Origin: Camelus dromedarius
Lineage: Eukaryota
Assembly (NCBI RefSeq): GCF_036321535.1
Contig: NC_087436.1
Coordinates: 23,438,001 to 23,502,000, forward strand
Direction of reading: 5' to 3'
DNA length: 64,000 nucleotides
In this document: piece after piece, positions 35,901 through 48,290 of the stretch
Layout of the letters: each line of letters begins with the position of its first letter
Position numbering within the stretch: the first letter of the stretch is position 1
The notes under the pieces: model-generated
What the model was told of the DNA's origin: nothing
What the model saw: only the letters and a program-made list of their open reading frames with translations
Databases searched by the model: none
Position numbers and translations under genes: made by a program

Positions 35901-38680
35901 GTGTATTTTAAAGCTCTGTTGTTGGGTGCAAACACATTTAAGAATTTTTTTTTTTGAGAATTGACCTTATTCATAATGTAATATCCTCTTTATCTCTGAT
36001 AATATTTCTTGTTATGAAATGACTTTGTGTTTGCATGATATATCTTTTTCCATCCTTTTATTTTTAACCTAAATATGCCTCTATATTTCAAGTAGGTTTC
36101 TCATAGACCACATATACTTGGGTCTTGTTTTGTTTTTAGTCAATTCTGATATTTCTGTCTTTTAACTGGTGTGATTACCCTCTTAACATTAAAGATAGTT
36201 ATTGATATAGTTGGATTAAAATCTACCATCTTACTAGCTGCTTTTTATTTGTTTCACTTATTTTTTTTTTGTTTTTACATCCTTTTCTATCTTCTCTGGG
36301 TTTAATTCAACATTTAAAAACTTTTCTAATGGTTGCCTCAGGGTTTTTAATATGCATTTAAAAAAATCTGAATCCACCTTTAAATAATATTATACTATTA
36401 CACATGTAGTTCCAAAATCTTATAACACTACATTCTCAGTTCCTCTCTCCCTCTGATGTGCCATTGTTCCCACACACTTCACTTGTACATAAGTTATAAA
36501 CACACAATACATTGTTAATTTTGTGGCTTTAAACAGTCATCCTTTAGAGCAATTAAAATAAGTTGGAAATGATTTTATAAGCCATTTATTTATTCCATTT
36601 CTGACACTCTTCATTTCTTAGTGCACGTCCAATTTTCTGACATATATCTACCTTGAAAAACTAATTTTAATATTTCTTGTAAGATAGGTCTACTGCTGGT
36701 ACACAGGCCCCTGCATTTTTGTTTGTCTGAGAAAGTCTTTGTTCTTTCCCTACTTTAGATGGACACTTTTTCTGGATATAGAATTCTGGATTGACATTGT
36801 CCCGCCTTTCAGCATATTGAAGACATCACTCTGTTTTAGTTTCTCACAAGAAGTCTGCTGTTAATCCTTACCCTCATCCCTCTGTAGATAATGTTTTTTG
36901 CCCCTCTCCGGTCTCCTTCAAGATTTTCTCTTTGTCTTTGGCATGTCTTGGTGTTTTACTTTTTGTTTTGTTTTGTTCTTTTATTTACTTTGTTTTGTTT
37001 TTGTTGTTTTTTTAATTCTTCTTGGATCTGTGGTTTGGTGTTTGCTTCTAATTTAGAAAATTTTCAGCTGTTATTCCTTGAATATTTCTTCTGTCCATTT
37101 TCTCCCTTTTCTCCTTCTGAGATTCTAAATCACACATATGTTAGACTGTTTGATGTTGTCCCACAGCCCTTAGATTCTTTTTCTATTTTTTTCTTATTCT
37201 TTTATCTCCTTGTGTTTTAGTTTGGGTAAATTTTGTTGACCAATAGTCAGCTTCACTAATTCTTTTCTTAACTATTTTAAGTCTGTTAATGAGCTTGTCA
37301 AAGATATTCTTCATATCTGTTACTGAAGTTTTGATTTCTCACATTTTCATTTGAGTCTCATTTCTATCCCTCTACTGAAATTATCTGATTTTTGCATTTT
37401 GTCTACTTTTTCCATTAGATCCCTTAACATATTAATCATAGTAATTTTAAATTCCTTATCTGATAAGTCCAACATGCATCTGATTCTGATGATTGCTTTG
37501 TCTTTCCAGAGTATGTTTTTTCTTGCTTTTTTGAATGTCATGTCATTTTTTTTGTTGAAAGTTGAAAATATTGTATAGGACAATAGATACTAAGTAAACT
37601 TTTTTTTTATTCTCAGGCTTGAGCATGCCTTTCCCCTGATAGGCCTTTAATGTGGGAATTGTGGGAATTAGACTGAGAGTTCGTTGGTACTATGGTTACC
37701 CTCTGGAGCCCTCTAGTGTCACTTTGTTTTTGTCTCCCCTCTTTTTTTTTTTTTTTTTATTTTGGGGGGAGGTAATTAGATTTACTTACTTATTTCTTTT
37801 TAGAGGAGGTACTGGGAATTGAACCCAGGACCCTGTGCATGCTAAGCATGCACTCTACCACTTGAGCTACACCCTCCCCCAACTTGTCTCCCCTCTTGGT
37901 TTGGGGTCTTCAATTGGGCTAACCCACAGAGAGAGTCTACATCTTGTATCTCTCCCAGCTGTGTCTTACTGCAACTCTGGTTAGTATGCTAGGAGGAGAT
38001 GGGGGAGGGTTGACCCCTTAGGTTCTCATGAAGCCTCATCTCAAGCCTAGGTCTCCAGCGGTAGTGCTGGACCCAGGGCAGGAACTTCTTATTCCCCCTG
38101 TTCTCCTCTCCTCGCTGCAGTCAGTTTCCAGTAGGGCCCTCAGGATACAGTTTCAAACCCCTTTCTTCTGCATGTTAAGGCTTTGTTGGGTTGGGGAGAT
38201 CAAAGCTGTCTCAGGGTTTGGGCTGTGGCTGCTACTCTCCTTAGCCAACTGGCACCTTAGAGGACATTTTCATAGGATTCTCCCCATCTTCCCTGTGAGC
38301 ACCCAATATTCCAGGAAGAAAAACCTACAAAAGAGTGTGAACCCTCCTACTTCTGCAGCCCTCTGGGACTTCACACTCTCATGCTGGCCCATACTTGGCC
38401 TTTAGCAATTCTGTCAGCATTTCTAGTTTAATCTTCTTACCAGCTTTTATGGCATTTGGCAGCATCCGTCTCAGGTGAGCAAACACTTGAAACCCATTTC
38501 TCCCTGCAGTCCTCTGTCTTTCTCTTGGTTTTAAGTTAGTTGTTTGCCTGCAATATCAGTTCTTTGATAGGTTCAAGAAAAGTTGTTAGTTTTATATTTA
38601 TCCAGCTTTTTTCTTATTGTTAGGATGGGAAAAATGCTTTTTCCAGCTCTTAAATCTTTGAGCTTTAACCAGAACCATTA
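32985..38680 (-). mobile_element. Large degenerate old L1 (3' UTR, ORF2, ORF1 and 5' region)
   Basis: T-rich antisense L1. ORF 35654..35974 is the endonuclease domain (LNVFAPNNRALKY..Q....I..PTILDGDFNTPLS...RTSRQKISKD). 37347..37583 is ORF1-like (LDLSDKEFKITMINML). Confidence 0.9.
37744..37880 (-). mobile_element. Camelid Vic-1-type tRNA(Ala)-derived SINE, full length
   Basis: Reverse complement ggggagggtgtagctcaagtggtagagtgcatgcttagcatgcacagggtcctgggttcaattcccagtacctcc...ctaattacctcccccc + polyA, with Pol III A/B boxes. 14-bp TSD ttgtctcccctctt at 37730-37743 and 37884-37897. Confidence 0.92.
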
Positions 38681-39254
38681 TTTATGTTTTAAAATTTCAA
38701 TGTCATAAGCATTAATGTGATTTTGAAAGTTTTGGAGAATTTTTGCAACAGCCCCCATATATCTCTGTAGGTATATTTGGACACTAGAACTGGGAATCAG
38801 CCATGAAGAGGGTATACAGATATGACGGAATAATATTTTGTGTCACTGATTTATTTGGATTTTCCTTTCCATATGTTTCTCTCACTCAAACTTGGAGCTG
38901 ATTCTGTGTTTCAGTGCCTCAAGGGAGGTATGTGGTAGGACAGAGAGAAGTAAGTTCCAAAAATTTCTGGGTTTTGTTTCCTGAAGCCTGAGCCTGCAGT
39001 ATAACTTAGCAGGTTTGCTGAGAAAGAGCACTTAGGAGTTTGTGAGAAGAAGCAAAGAGAACTGCAGAAGGAAAAAGAGCCTTTCCCAGACTAGAAAAAC
39101 GGTTCCTGTCACGGGACTGTCAATCAAAGGAGGCCTTGTAATAGAGCAGGAGGAGGCTGCAAGAACCCACAGGGGAAGCACCACATGAGCTATGCAGGCA
39201 GACAGGACCCCTCAGACATCAAAAGATGCCCCTGCCTTAGGTATGACTTGAAAG

Positions 39255-39592
39255 TGTAAAAAAATTAATGAACCGAAATCTCAATTAAAATCGTCGTGAG
39301 TCCAGATGGGGGCATGCTCATGCTCAGTGATAATAGCAGAGCCCAACAGGAAGAAGAAAGATCCTCTTCTTTCCTGGCAAGGACTCAGCCAATAAAAGAT
39401 CAGGGACTCTTGGTTTACTATCGCCCTCCCCACTTCCTTTCTTCCTCTATGAAAGAGTTCTCTCCATTCTTGCTGGGGACTTGGACATGACTTGTCATGG
39501 TTGCAGACCCCAAACTGCAGTTCTCTGCTGATATGGCATGAATCCATCTTTGCTGGAGAAATACCTGGCAGTCTGTTTGACTTAGGTCAACA
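39255..39592 (+). mobile_element. ERV1-class solo LTR
   Basis: TG...CA termini (tgtaaaaa...ggtcaaca), internal CCAAT, near-4-bp TSD aaag/gaag. Confidence 0.7.
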
Positions 39593-40299
39593 GAAGCATC
39601 AAAGTGCCACCAGTCCTGAAAAGCCCTTAGGACCAAAGACAATGATGTCTCCATGGAAATCTGTGGGACAGATGGCAAATACCAGAGTACTTCACCTCCA
39701 CAGACACCTTCACACTGCAGAATGCGCTGTGAAGGAGGGAGGGACCTTGAGGGAGGGAGGGGCAGTCACCAGAATGACTGAAATTATATCTTCTCATGAG
39801 CTGGGACGTATTGGGGCTCAAATTCAAATTCAGCCGATTTCTAGAACTAGACATTTAGGTATTGCTTGCACATCTTAATTTGTGGACTGAGGATCATACC
39901 TGCTACTAAAGGATTCCATTCCCAGGAACCTAGTTATCATTCTGTTCTGTTGAATATGTTTTGGATTCTACTGACTCGAGATTTTTTTCCACTTAGACGT
40001 ATTGGAGGGGTTTGATGTGCTCTCAGTGGTAATGATTGCTCCGTTCCTGGGGTGGGGTTGGTAGAGACAGCAAGGGAAAGGCACTTTGAATGAATCCCCC
40101 AGGTGATTCTGAAAGCTATTCCTCCCCAACACTAGCTCGCCTTGGCCACCCTTCCCTGAGAGCCCCTTGTTCTCCTGGTGCGTGTGCTACTTTTCACTTG
40201 GGACCCTGAAACAAAGACACAGTTTAACTCTTTCAAGCAGGAGGTGTGTTCTTACACAGGTGCAAGTAAAACAAACATATTTCTGTGAAAACACCTAGT

Positions 40300-40488
40300 G
40301 CTCCATGCATCAATTGAAATGATGACCATTATTTGCATTACAAACAACTAAAGAATAAGTGTATTTGTGAATCTGTGGCTGGAAGAGAAAAAATAGTCCC
40401 TGAATTTCCTTCTTGAGAAGTTGTTGTTGACTTGGGCAACTGTCCTCCTTCTGACCCGGCCTCCCACCGAGGCTGTAAGAAGGATCCT
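40300..40488 (-). pseudogene. RGS-like pseudogene: candidate exon with RDYFSL motif
   Basis: Acceptor tgtgtgtttcAG|agg; RILLTASVGGRVRRRTVAQVNNNFSRRKFRDYFSL; compare RGSL1 ENILSIDEMDLEVRDYYLSLL. Donor position uncertain. Confidence 0.4.
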
Positions 40489-40669
40489 CTGAAACACACA
40501 TAAACATCTGAATGAAAATGTCCTCAAAGCTCACAATTGAGAGCATTAAGCACTTCTCCCCTTCAGTTCTGTTGACCGGGCCTGCCACTGGCATATTGGG
40601 GAGCCTCCTCTATGTGACCACAGCAGCGATGTGTGTTTTTCACTAGTGTTTTTACCAATGAGACCGTAC

Positions 40670-40742
40670 CTGACTGGGAGTAAGTGTTGGGGGCGGATAA
40701 CACATTTTATGTTACATCTTCTGGAGCTTCTGTCTGATACCA
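40670..40742 (-). pseudogene. RGS-like pseudogene: candidate 73-nt exon
   Basis: Branch point plus acceptor ctaactatgtttccccacAG|tgg; donor cag|GTacgg. Frame GIRQKLQKM*HKMCYPPPTLTPSQ. Confidence 0.4.
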
Positions 40743-41164
40743 CTGTGGGGAAACATAGTTAGGGACCCGGTTGTGGGACTCATTTTCTTATTTCTGGAAA
40801 TGTTTCATGGCCACACAAGGCCATGGCAAAACCTGACAGCTTACAGCTGCTGCACGTGTTGAGTTTACCTCTCTGATCTAATAGCATCGTATTATAGCAC
40901 TTCTCTCCTCTAGGGGGTAAAAAAGGGAAAAACCAGGTAATGTGGAGACTTCTAAAAATCTAGGTTAAAGTGTTCAAAAGTCTCCTGAGAGAGGATGGTT
41001 ATTCCTTGTGATTCCACCAGTGTGGGTATCACAGTGGTCGTGCTGGCAGGAGCTGGGTGCTGCCCAGAGAAGCAAGGTGTGGGCTGTACTTGGACCAGGA
41101 AATGCCCATCCAGAGATGGGATGAAATGGGTTTTTGAGCGTTCATTCCTGTTGCAGAACACCGG

Positions 41165-41360
41165 TTAGGAGCTCAGGCTCTGGAGTTAAAACTGAGTTGG
41201 AGTCGCAGTTTTACCTCTTACAAGTTGCGTGACCTCAGGCTAGTCACTAAAATACAAAAAGGGGACAAGATGGCACATCTCTCACAGGGCTCCAGTGAGG
41301 ATTAGATTTGGGCCTGCAGAACATACTGGGGCCTGTGGAGCTACACACTAAATATTGGTA
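41165..41360 (+). mobile_element. MIR SINE
   Basis: ggttaggagctcaggctctggag...gtgacctcaggc...gtgaggatta. Confidence 0.65.
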
Positions 41361-42515
41361 TTGTTCGCCACATTCTTCCCTTTTAAAATATTTAAGCTAC
41401 GCTCTACTACTTTGTGTCATTACTCAAAGGTCACTTCCCCCTAGAAAAGGAATGTCTGTTGACATCTGCGGGAAGAATACAGACTTGCATTGTTGTTATT
41501 TCACTCACTGAGAAGAGAGAATATCGCATTCTGTTCAGGGGATTTGTCGGGGTCAAAGAACCAGGTTCTTTCCGTAGGAGTCCCAGCATATTATGGGGAC
41601 GCTGACTTGCCACCTGGCCCTCAGGGTCTTGATAGAAAGTGTAATCCAGTGCTTGATTCTCTTGATTTCAAGGGACTCAGACCGCTTTGGTGGCAGGGGG
41701 TTATTGCAGGAATAGACAGGAAAGGAAAAGATGGCAGGGAACCATCTCAGCGGCCACAGAGCCATGACTCCTAGAGAACTGGAGGGGCGCTCATGGCTAC
41801 CCAGGATCCCAGGCCCCAGGGCTCCCCTGGCCTGGGTCATCTCATTGCCCTCCAAGACCACCTTCTCACTGCTTTGACCCTAGTGTCTTCACCAAACACC
41901 TGTCCAGCTTCTCTGCCAACTTCTGAATTTACTGCTCATGCTTCCCCATCTCTTTGGGATTCATACGCAAGAGAAAGAATTGGCCCGGGCTATTCTGTTA
42001 TCCTCCAATGTGTAGGGCTTCTGATTTGGCACTGAATGCTCACTCACAGGAAGCACTGAAATCCCAAAAGGATATAGAGAGCAGGACCCAGTCCTCTCGC
42101 AAAATGATGACGTACTGCCTTTTCCCTTGGCTCTAATTTATAAATCAGCAAGAGTCTGGAGTTTAATGGCCACCTTCCCCACAATACTAGCTTAGGCTCT
42201 TGGATCTGAGACTCCTATCTCTCAGGTGCACACCGAAGACTTGAATTAAAAGAGATCAATTTTTTGCTCTTATTAATTTCACTCTAGCTCATATGCAAAG
42301 TTTAAAATCCACTTTTGCAGTTCGATACTTTCTGCCTGCAGGATAAATTCCGAGGGGTGACCGTTAGCAGAATAAGCTCCAGAGGGGTGACTGTTAGTTT
42401 ACTTGTTCAAGTAGAGGTACAACAATTGATGACAGTGCATCAGATGTTACGAGGATCCCCGGCATGAAAAGATGGAGCACTGACTCAGTGAGAGGTGATC
42501 TGAGGAGCCTCTTAC

Positions 42516-42689
42516 CTGGACATTCCAGCTGGAGGACAGGAATAGAACCTAATCGACCATCATTTCTTATGTCACCTTTATTTAGTTAACATGTAAAATG
42601 TCATCTCAGTTTTACAGAAAATTCATGTGAAGGCTGATGTGACCTTCAGATGAATTTCTTTCTTGGTAGTTCTATAGGTTGCAGAATTC
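42516..42689 (-). pseudogene. RGS-like pseudogene: candidate exon with FCKT motif
   Basis: catctAG|gaattc ... ccag|GTaaga (strong donor). Translation ...KKEIHLKVTSAFT*IFCKTEMTFYMLTK*; compare RGSL1 RLPFFCKTNLCFHYIL. Confidence 0.5.
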
Positions 42690-43305
42690 CTAGATGATAC
42701 AGTGAACAGTGCTTTGAATTAAAAAACAATCAGTGAATTAAAAAAAAATCAGCAAAGAGGCATTCTGTTCTGTTGTAGTAACAGCTCCATGTCTGAGATG
42801 AGACCACAAAAATCCATAGATTGAAAGGATAATTTTACTCTACACTACAAATTAAATATATAATTATGTAATCACATATGTAAATTTGGGTCTCCTTTTA
42901 CTTTCAGTGCCCTAGTTCACACACAAAGGGTATTTTTAGTCCTTGTTTTTCCTTTTTACCAAGCTTGATCAGTGAACGAGAAAGTCTTATCAATCATCTA
43001 CTTGTTGGGAAGCGTAGAGCTTTTGAACCACGTAGCTCGTTTCAAAATTAGAAATGTCCCCACTTAGGGCCCCGTGTCAAGGCTTTCAGGAGGCAGTTGT
43101 CACCAGATCTTAGATCTGACATGTGTCTTTGTATAAAAGCAGCTAAGAAATGTTCCTTGAGATGGTAGGGGTGGAGAAAGCAATAAAAATGGTATTTCTA
43201 TTTTTTAACAAGTAAATTCCAATTTTTGTTTGCTAGAAAGCTGAGTATCTCTTTCTCACTTAACAGTGTTCCTCCTAAAATATTTGTAAAACAAAATTGT
43301 ATTAC

Positions 43306-43376
43306 CAGCAAAGCACATTTTCCCACTGATACGTTCCAAAGATGCACCCTCATGGGATATTTTTGGTGACAGAAAA
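43306..43376 (-). pseudogene. RGS-like pseudogene: candidate exon
   Basis: Frame VFCHQKYPMRVHLWNVSVGKCALL ending at ctg|GTaata; compare RGSL1 VFGQTPFY......WSLWPE. Acceptor weak. Confidence 0.3.
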
Positions 43377-43394
43377 CTATTTTATTGCTGTGAC

Positions 43395-43610
43395 TAATAG
43401 TCACATTTATGGAGGGCTTACTAGCTGCCAGGCATTGTTCTAAGGTCTTTACATAATTCTCTCATTTTATTCCCCACAATGATCCTAAGAGATATTGTCC
43501 CAATATCCCAGATAAGGCATCTAAGGGAAAGAGTTTAAGTGACCAAGCCAAGGTCTTGTTAGGATGGAGAAAGGATGAACTCAGGCACTGACCCTGGGCT
43601 TACCCCGTAA
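43395..43610 (-). mobile_element. MIR SINE
   Basis: cacatttatggagggcttact...gccaggcattgttctaagg...cagataagg. Confidence 0.65.
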
Positions 43611-44254
43611 CCATATGTCTGTGCAACCACCAAAGCACACCAGGCTCACCAGGAGGGTGGGGAGGTTTCATAGTCTGTTAGGCGGTGACAGAAAAATTCA
43701 CTGTAAATTGGATTGTGGGCTTGAGGTCTCCAGCCTCACCTTTGATATTCTCGAAACTTAATCTAAGATAGCCCTACCATGTCTCTTGGCTTTAGACTCA
43801 CTCATGGTGGATGGTTGGGAAATGTTAATTGCATGAAATGGATTCACTCATTATAAGGGTATGAGTTCTCTTGCTCCCACCCTAGGGGTATTTATATTAT
43901 GGATTCACAAGTGCTACTGAGAAACAATAGCAGAAATCAGGCAAATGATTTTTAAAAATGTGTTTTATTAATGACAGAGCTGGAATGAAGAGTAAGGCTT
44001 CATTGTGGCCATAGTCAGACTCCCTGATGCTTTTCCCCAAGTCTAAAACTTAGTGCATCTCACCCGAGAAAGGGTTGGCCCCGCAGAACATACACACATA
44101 GCAAACCGGTGCATGAGCTGCCTCTTCTGGCAGCTCCATTGAAACAAAGTGAGAGCTAGGTCTTCAGACCTGGTCATAGCAGCAGATGGCCCTGAACCCC
44201 TCATGATTGTCATCCACGTGGCAGGAGGTAAGCAAAACATATCCATCCTCAGAC

Positions 44255-44315
44255 GGGGAGATTTAAAAGCATTGGAGAAGACATTGGAGTTTTTCATGCT
44301 CAGTCCTTCAGACAT
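44255..44315 (-). pseudogene. RGS-like pseudogene: candidate N-terminal exon remnant
   Basis: ATG TCT GAA GGA CTG AGC ATG AAA AAC TCC AAT GTC TTC TCC AAT GCT TTT [2-nt deletion] AAT CTC CCC|gt = MSEGLSMKNSNVFSNAF(L)NLP. Resembles the DFFNTFLSLP / DYFNEFLSLP motif of RGSL1/RGS22. Donor is degenerate (gtctga). Confidence 0.35.
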
Positions 44316-46499
44316 CACAAAACAGATGAAGTGTGACTTAGCCTCCGGGGAAGAATACACAGGGTGAGAGAGGGGCTGAAGCTACTTCCCAGTGCTTTCA
44401 AAAGGGCTAAAGTTCCGATCATGTGTTCCAAGGCTGGAACACTGTGAGGGAGAGGAAATAGTCCCTCAAAGGCCAGTTGTGTCGAATGCTCTGAGCATGC
44501 TGGTTGCTGCTTCTGCAGTGAGTTCTTATTGGTGTAAAACAGGGACACAGATCCATTGCACGTGGAGTGAAGGTAACTGAAGGGCCTCCTGTTCTTTGCA
44601 GCTTATTTAAGATTTGATCATACCCTATGAAAAAGGAGATACAAATCCAGCTGGCAGCAGTTAGATAGCTGGGAACACACCCACCATGGCATCCTAAGAA
44701 CATCGTTGTCAAGGGGAGAAGCTGGCTCATTTCCGTGTCTGAGAGGCAGCAGCAGCTTATTTGAAATAATGAAGCATCCAATTTAGGGAGCCTTTAATTA
44801 ATACTGTACTACTTCCAGCACTCTAGGAATTCAATAACGGAGCAACCCAACCAAGTACAACTAGTTGAAGATCAATTTGACATGATTTTTCCTGTTGCAA
44901 AGGTAAAAAAAGATCACATATAAGAATTTACAACCATTCCTCCTCCCACATTTTAAGGATGATTGTTGTCGCAGTTGCTCAGTTCCTATGCCTCTGGGGG
45001 TTGGTCAGGAAAATGGGTAGAAAGGAGAATTGGGAGAAAGTGAAGAGAAATAATTTGATCTACACAGGAAAAGGCATAGAGTCACCAAAGGAAGCAAACA
45101 CACAAAAAAAACCCCCAAAACATCCAGGACCCAAAAAGATAGCAATAGAGGGAGGTGGGAGTGACAGGAGAGGTAGCCTGGGCTGGAGATTTTGGAGATT
45201 TTGGAAGAGAGAAATTTGAGTTGCTGCCATGGGCTGTGGGATTCGGGGGAGAGGGATGGAGATGGGGATTTAGTAGTAGGTTTGTCTTGGGCACTTCTGA
45301 GTCTCTCTAACCTACATCAAGGAAAGCTTTAATAAAGATCTTCATCACTCTTCAGGGTTTTGGAATGGGATTTATTTTTCTCTTGGATAAGTTATCATGA
45401 GGAGGTAGGCTTTAAGGAATGGCAAAGAAGCCCAGATTTATTTGCATCTATCTATTTGGGTCTTTCTAGAGTGAGTTACCCTGTAGGTACTGGCACCAAA
45501 CTTGTCCATACGGTATGAAGTGGTGGTTGTAAAAGGATGTGTGCCTGGGAGGTAGCCAAAAGGCACAGCAAGCTGTGACAATGGCTCCAGCACAGAGTGG
45601 TGACAGGCTATGTTAGAAGGTAGCCCTCCACAAAAGCTGAGTGGGCAGGGCACCATGGGTGTATCTGGGGAAGAGAACTGGCCAGGAGATCTGAGGTACA
45701 ATCACCAATACCAAGCCTACATGGTCTTTGAGCTTTCCATTTTGGAGGATGTTTGCTGAAGAATGGCCTGCTGGTGAAGAAGGTTCGAGCTGCTGGGGAC
45801 AGGGTTGTAGAAAGTCACTGGTCTAGGATCCAGTAGTACAGAGTTTCAGAATCAGCGCTGGTGCTGGATGGCTTCTCACCTGCTTCACCTCAGCATCCTC
45901 AGCGGCAAAACCACAGTCTTGGGAAGAGGACATCAAGGATGCCTTTCAGCTCTAACATTCAATGACACCTTGCCAGGTTCATCTTTACTGCTATTGGTGC
46001 CAACTGGTCCTGCCCCAGAAGCCCAGCCAGCTCTCTTCCCCCACTACACGCATGGTGCCCTTCCCACTCAGAAACCTGCCAGGGAGTGAGCAAGGACAGG
46101 AGTCCCTGGCTAAAGCAGAAAGCTGCCTGCTCCTGAATCGTGAAGGCCAGGCTGGCTGGGGATTGGGGTGGGCGTCTCCCAGTGACCCTGGTACTCTGCG
46201 AACCAGGGCTCCTGCACACACACATATACACACAGACCTAGACATCAGAGCCTGTCTCAGGAGTTCAGACAGCTTGCAGAGCAGGAGGAGGCAGCTTTGT
46301 TGTTTTCCAGACACTTCACAGAGCCACTGAAACAGCAACTGGATAAATATAGGAGGATGACGCATCAGCTCTGAGTACATGTGCCTGCACACAAGCCCGG
46401 GAGCTGCAGACTGCCACGTGGCCCTCAACCTCCAAGAATGGACATTCGGGCTCTGGGAGCCAGAAAATCTGAACAGAATGTGGCTTCATGAAAGAAGCC

Positions 46500-46600
46500 T
46501 GGCAGCGGGGGTGAGATGAGGCCGCGGGTGCAGTGGTGCCCTCGGCTCCTCCGAGCGTTCTCAGAGGTCGCCCTCAGCTCGGCCCTGGCTATTTATAGCC
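46500..46600 (-). promoter_or_regulatory. Candidate TATA/MEF2 element with a small CpG-rich patch
   Basis: ggctatttatagcc at 46587-46600 = MEF2 consensus CTA(A/T)4TAG, and TATAAATA on the minus strand followed by CpG-rich sequence. Confidence 0.35.
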
Positions 46601-47859
46601 TTGCTTACCACAGTGCACACGCGATCTTTCTGAATGAAATACCAGACATCCTTCCAGGGTCTGTGAAAGCCGCAGCTCAGTGGCATTTGAAAGTCCTAGG
46701 AAATGAGTGGGGGAAACAGAGCAGGTGTTTTTGCTCGTTGTGAAAGGCAAACGCTGATTTGGAAGGTTTCAAGGGTAGGGAACGTGGGCCAAACTCAGTA
46801 CTGCCAATTTTTAATTACCAGCACAATTAGCAGCCTGGCTTCACAACAAGCCTATTTTGTCAAGCTCTGTTTAAGAACCAGTGAATTGCAGCACTAGCAC
46901 CAAACAGATGAACAGCGCAGTGATCATATCTTACTCTCAAAAATCAGTGCTCTGCCCAGAGTCCTAGGCTTGTAGCAGCTCCTGCCTCTAGCAAATATCT
47001 GACACCCTCTTCTTGGCCTTGACTAAATTACCGTAAGGGCAGGGATCATGTCTCTATAGGGCTGTCTGGCCTGTTGTTGATCAGTCCACATTATGTGAAC
47101 TGTATTAAATCAATATGATATACATCAGCTTTAATTTCTTGGGACAAGACCCAGCAGAGCCTCTCTGTCCTCTTATTATCATCCCTAGTGATGACCATCA
47201 CTAGAAATAATTTTGAGCTATTTAACGTGAAAGCATACAACCCCTACAGCTTACTAAGTAGCATCTCCTTGGGGACAGGAGTCTCCCATAGGACCTTGGA
47301 ATGCTTGGCAGAACATGTGTGTGGTTTAATCTGTCACTCAAATCAGGCCTAAGAGACTCAGACAGGTCAAGAGTGCTCCTCTGAGGTGTGTGAGGTCTCA
47401 GAGGAACAAGAGGGGCTCAGAAGCAAGAGCAGAGGACCTTTTTGAGGAAAGGGAGATGCAGACTTTTCTGGACCACAAGACCTTGCCTCTGGGGTTGAGT
47501 CGGAGAAGCAGAAACCACAGACTTTGATCATTTCCTCCTCAGCTTTCACTGAGCCTGCAGCCCTTTCATTCCCAGGCCAGATAGGGTGGTGGCTGATTCT
47601 TCTCTAGAGCTGACCTGAGGGCAGTCACGATGGGAGGAATCTCAGACTCCTCGGGAGAGGCCTGTGCAGCTCCCTACCTGCACCACGGTTCTGGTGTCAG
47701 CTGCTCTCCCGTCAGACAGGCAGTGGACTGAGTAGTGCTAATTGCAGTCACTAAGAATGTCTTGCCCCCAGATATTGCCTCACTTGATGCCTAATTCCAC
47801 CAATTATAAATCCATTTGGGAGAGACAGGCATTGCTTTTCTTTGAGTCTCCTGCAAATA

Positions 47860-48290
47860 CTGAATGAGGGAATGCCAGTCATTCCCCACCCTTCCCCTGC
47901 TGAGACGGACAAACGTACGAAGTGCATTTCCTAGGTTTCTGTACCAGTGGGCTTCCAGTCAGGTTAGGCCAAAGGGAGGCCCTAGCAGAAGTTAGGGAGC
48001 AGGCGAAGAGGAGAAGTTGGGGTATTTTCCTCCCTCTGGTGGCATTCCTCATGGTTTCCTCCTGGTCCCAGCTCCCGTGGCAACTTGACCATGGTTCCAG
48101 TATCCTCCAGACAGTCCAGGCTCTTCTCCCTTGGTACCTCCAGCTCTAGCTGCTACTGATCTCTGCCTCACCATCTCTTATTGGCTCTTCAGCTCTTCCA
48201 GTCTGCTTGTAGCTAGGTCCCCTGTTAATTCCTTTCATGGAACTATCTGATTTGGGCTCTGTTTTCTCACCTCCACCTTGGCTTATTCAG
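47860..48290. mobile_element. ERVL-class LTR (LTR33/LTR16-like)
   Basis: tgcatttcctagg...ggcttccagtcaggttaggccaaagggaggc...ctgttttct; family by recall only. Confidence 0.5.

Larger units (their letters stand above)
2480..44315 (-). pseudogene. Candidate decayed multi-exon gene of the RGSL1/RGS22 (multi-RGS-domain) family, overlapping the SCOC 5' region on the same strand
   Basis: Series of minus-strand blocks bounded by AG/GT splice sites with stop-depleted frames. Motifs are collinear with RGSL1 as recalled: NAF[L]NLP, VF..Q...LW, FCKTE..FY.L, RDYFSL, YIFEKYF, KANCVYKDFL, AGNGF, AQQNAL, IL......YFKEFLKE, LFEK....IL.TW. Internal stops and frameshifts present. Ends uncertain. Confidence 0.55.

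Noticed and set aside
37790..37880. tRNA-Ala-like sequence
   Set aside because: It is the head of a SINE with tail and TSD, not a tRNA gene.
42348..42397. Direct repeat gaggggtga(c/t)gttag x2
   Set aside because: Small local duplication; no array or CRISPR-like structure.
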